A DNA stretch of 25,825 bases from a virus (taxonomy: Duplodnaviria > Caudoviricetes), in IMG/VR virus record IMGVR_UViG_3300035670_001139, positions 1 through 25,825 of that record; one strand, written 5' to 3'. The position numbers and the translations under genes are program-made. Below, piece by piece: positions 25,447-25,825 of this stretch (positions are counted from its first letter, which is position 1; each line of letters starts with the position of its first letter). The notes under the pieces were generated by a model that was given only the letters and a program-made list of their open reading frames with translations, made no database searches and was not told the origin of the DNA.

Positions 25447-25475
25447 TTGACAGAAGTGAAAAACCTGTGTATAAT
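25447..25475 (+). promoter_or_regulatory. Perfect sigma70 promoter, divergent from the terS promoter
   Basis: TTGACA-N17-TATAAT with an A-rich tract upstream. Confidence 0.85.
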
Positions 25476-25481
25476 AAAACT

Positions 25482-25720
25482 GTCCTTTGGCGGACCCTAG
25501 TATATAACTATAGTATTCTTATCCTCAAGGTTCACTCCTACGTTATACTTAAGGAGAAGCTACAGATTCTGCCATAGGTGGACCTAAGGTCAGACTGATG
25601 CAGATTACTCGAAGAGTAACTGTAAGATTCCTTGGCAGTACGTAAGTACAGCGTCTGTAAGATAATCAATACCTAAGCACTACTCACGCACCCCTATGGT
25701 TCACTCCGTAGGGGTTTCTT
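25482..25720 (+). ncRNA. Candidate structured non-coding RNA (~240 nt)
   Basis: Bounded by the consensus promoter and the terminator; several nested helices found by eye; only a 15-codon ATG ORF inside. Confidence 0.5.
25691..25720 (+). terminator. Intrinsic terminator
   Basis: CCCCTATGG-TTCACT-CCGTAGGGG 9-bp stem (one GU) followed by TTTCTT. Confidence 0.8.
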
Positions 25721-25825
25721 CATTTGTCGTCATAGAACTTACGTAGAGCGTAGGGATACCCTGTAGGTCTGGGAATTTTTATGAGAAAATCTTTAGGTGC
25801 ATTTCATGAATATGGCATGGCCCCC

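Noticed and set aside
25401-25625. Hammerhead-like cores (TGATGA at 25401; CTGATG at 25595)
   Set aside because: No complete CUGAUGA...GAAA core in the right stem context.
25598-25645. 15-codon ORF MQITRRVTVRFLGST with TAAGGT upstream
   Set aside because: Very short and buried in predicted stems; kept only as the alternative to the ncRNA hypothesis.
1-25825. CRISPR array, tRNA, integrase/att site
   Set aside because: No regularly spaced repeats, cloverleaf or recombinase seen by eye.

Overview
This window is the virion-morphogenesis and lysis arm of a lytic podovirus. Every credible gene is on the minus strand. In transcription order (right to left): small terminase candidate; a ~5.8 kb fibre/receptor-binding cassette containing a GIY-YIG endonuclease; large terminase; portal; scaffold; major capsid; a decoration-like protein; an HNH endonuclease; T7 gp11/gp12/gp13/gp14-like tail and ejection proteins; two large internal virion proteins (one with a lytic transglycosylase domain); a holin-like protein; a GH24 lysozyme; and a truncated membrane protein. 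Gene order and the use of host sigma70 promoters resemble SIO1/cobavirus-like phages (Zobellviridae); this is recognition by eye, not a database result. Main observations: (1) both homing endonuclease genes sit at the 5' end of a structural gene and are flanked by a duplicated, recoded copy of that gene's N-terminus, and one restored gene appears to start at ATC in frame with the HNH; (2) a perfect sigma70 promoter and an intrinsic terminator bracket a ~240 nt, extensively base-paired, essentially ORF-less plus-strand transcript next to terS, a candidate phage ncRNA; (3) terL appears to have its own leaderless-mRNA promoter; (4) two paralogous fibre+chaperone modules share a near-identical 37-bp island at a domain boundary.
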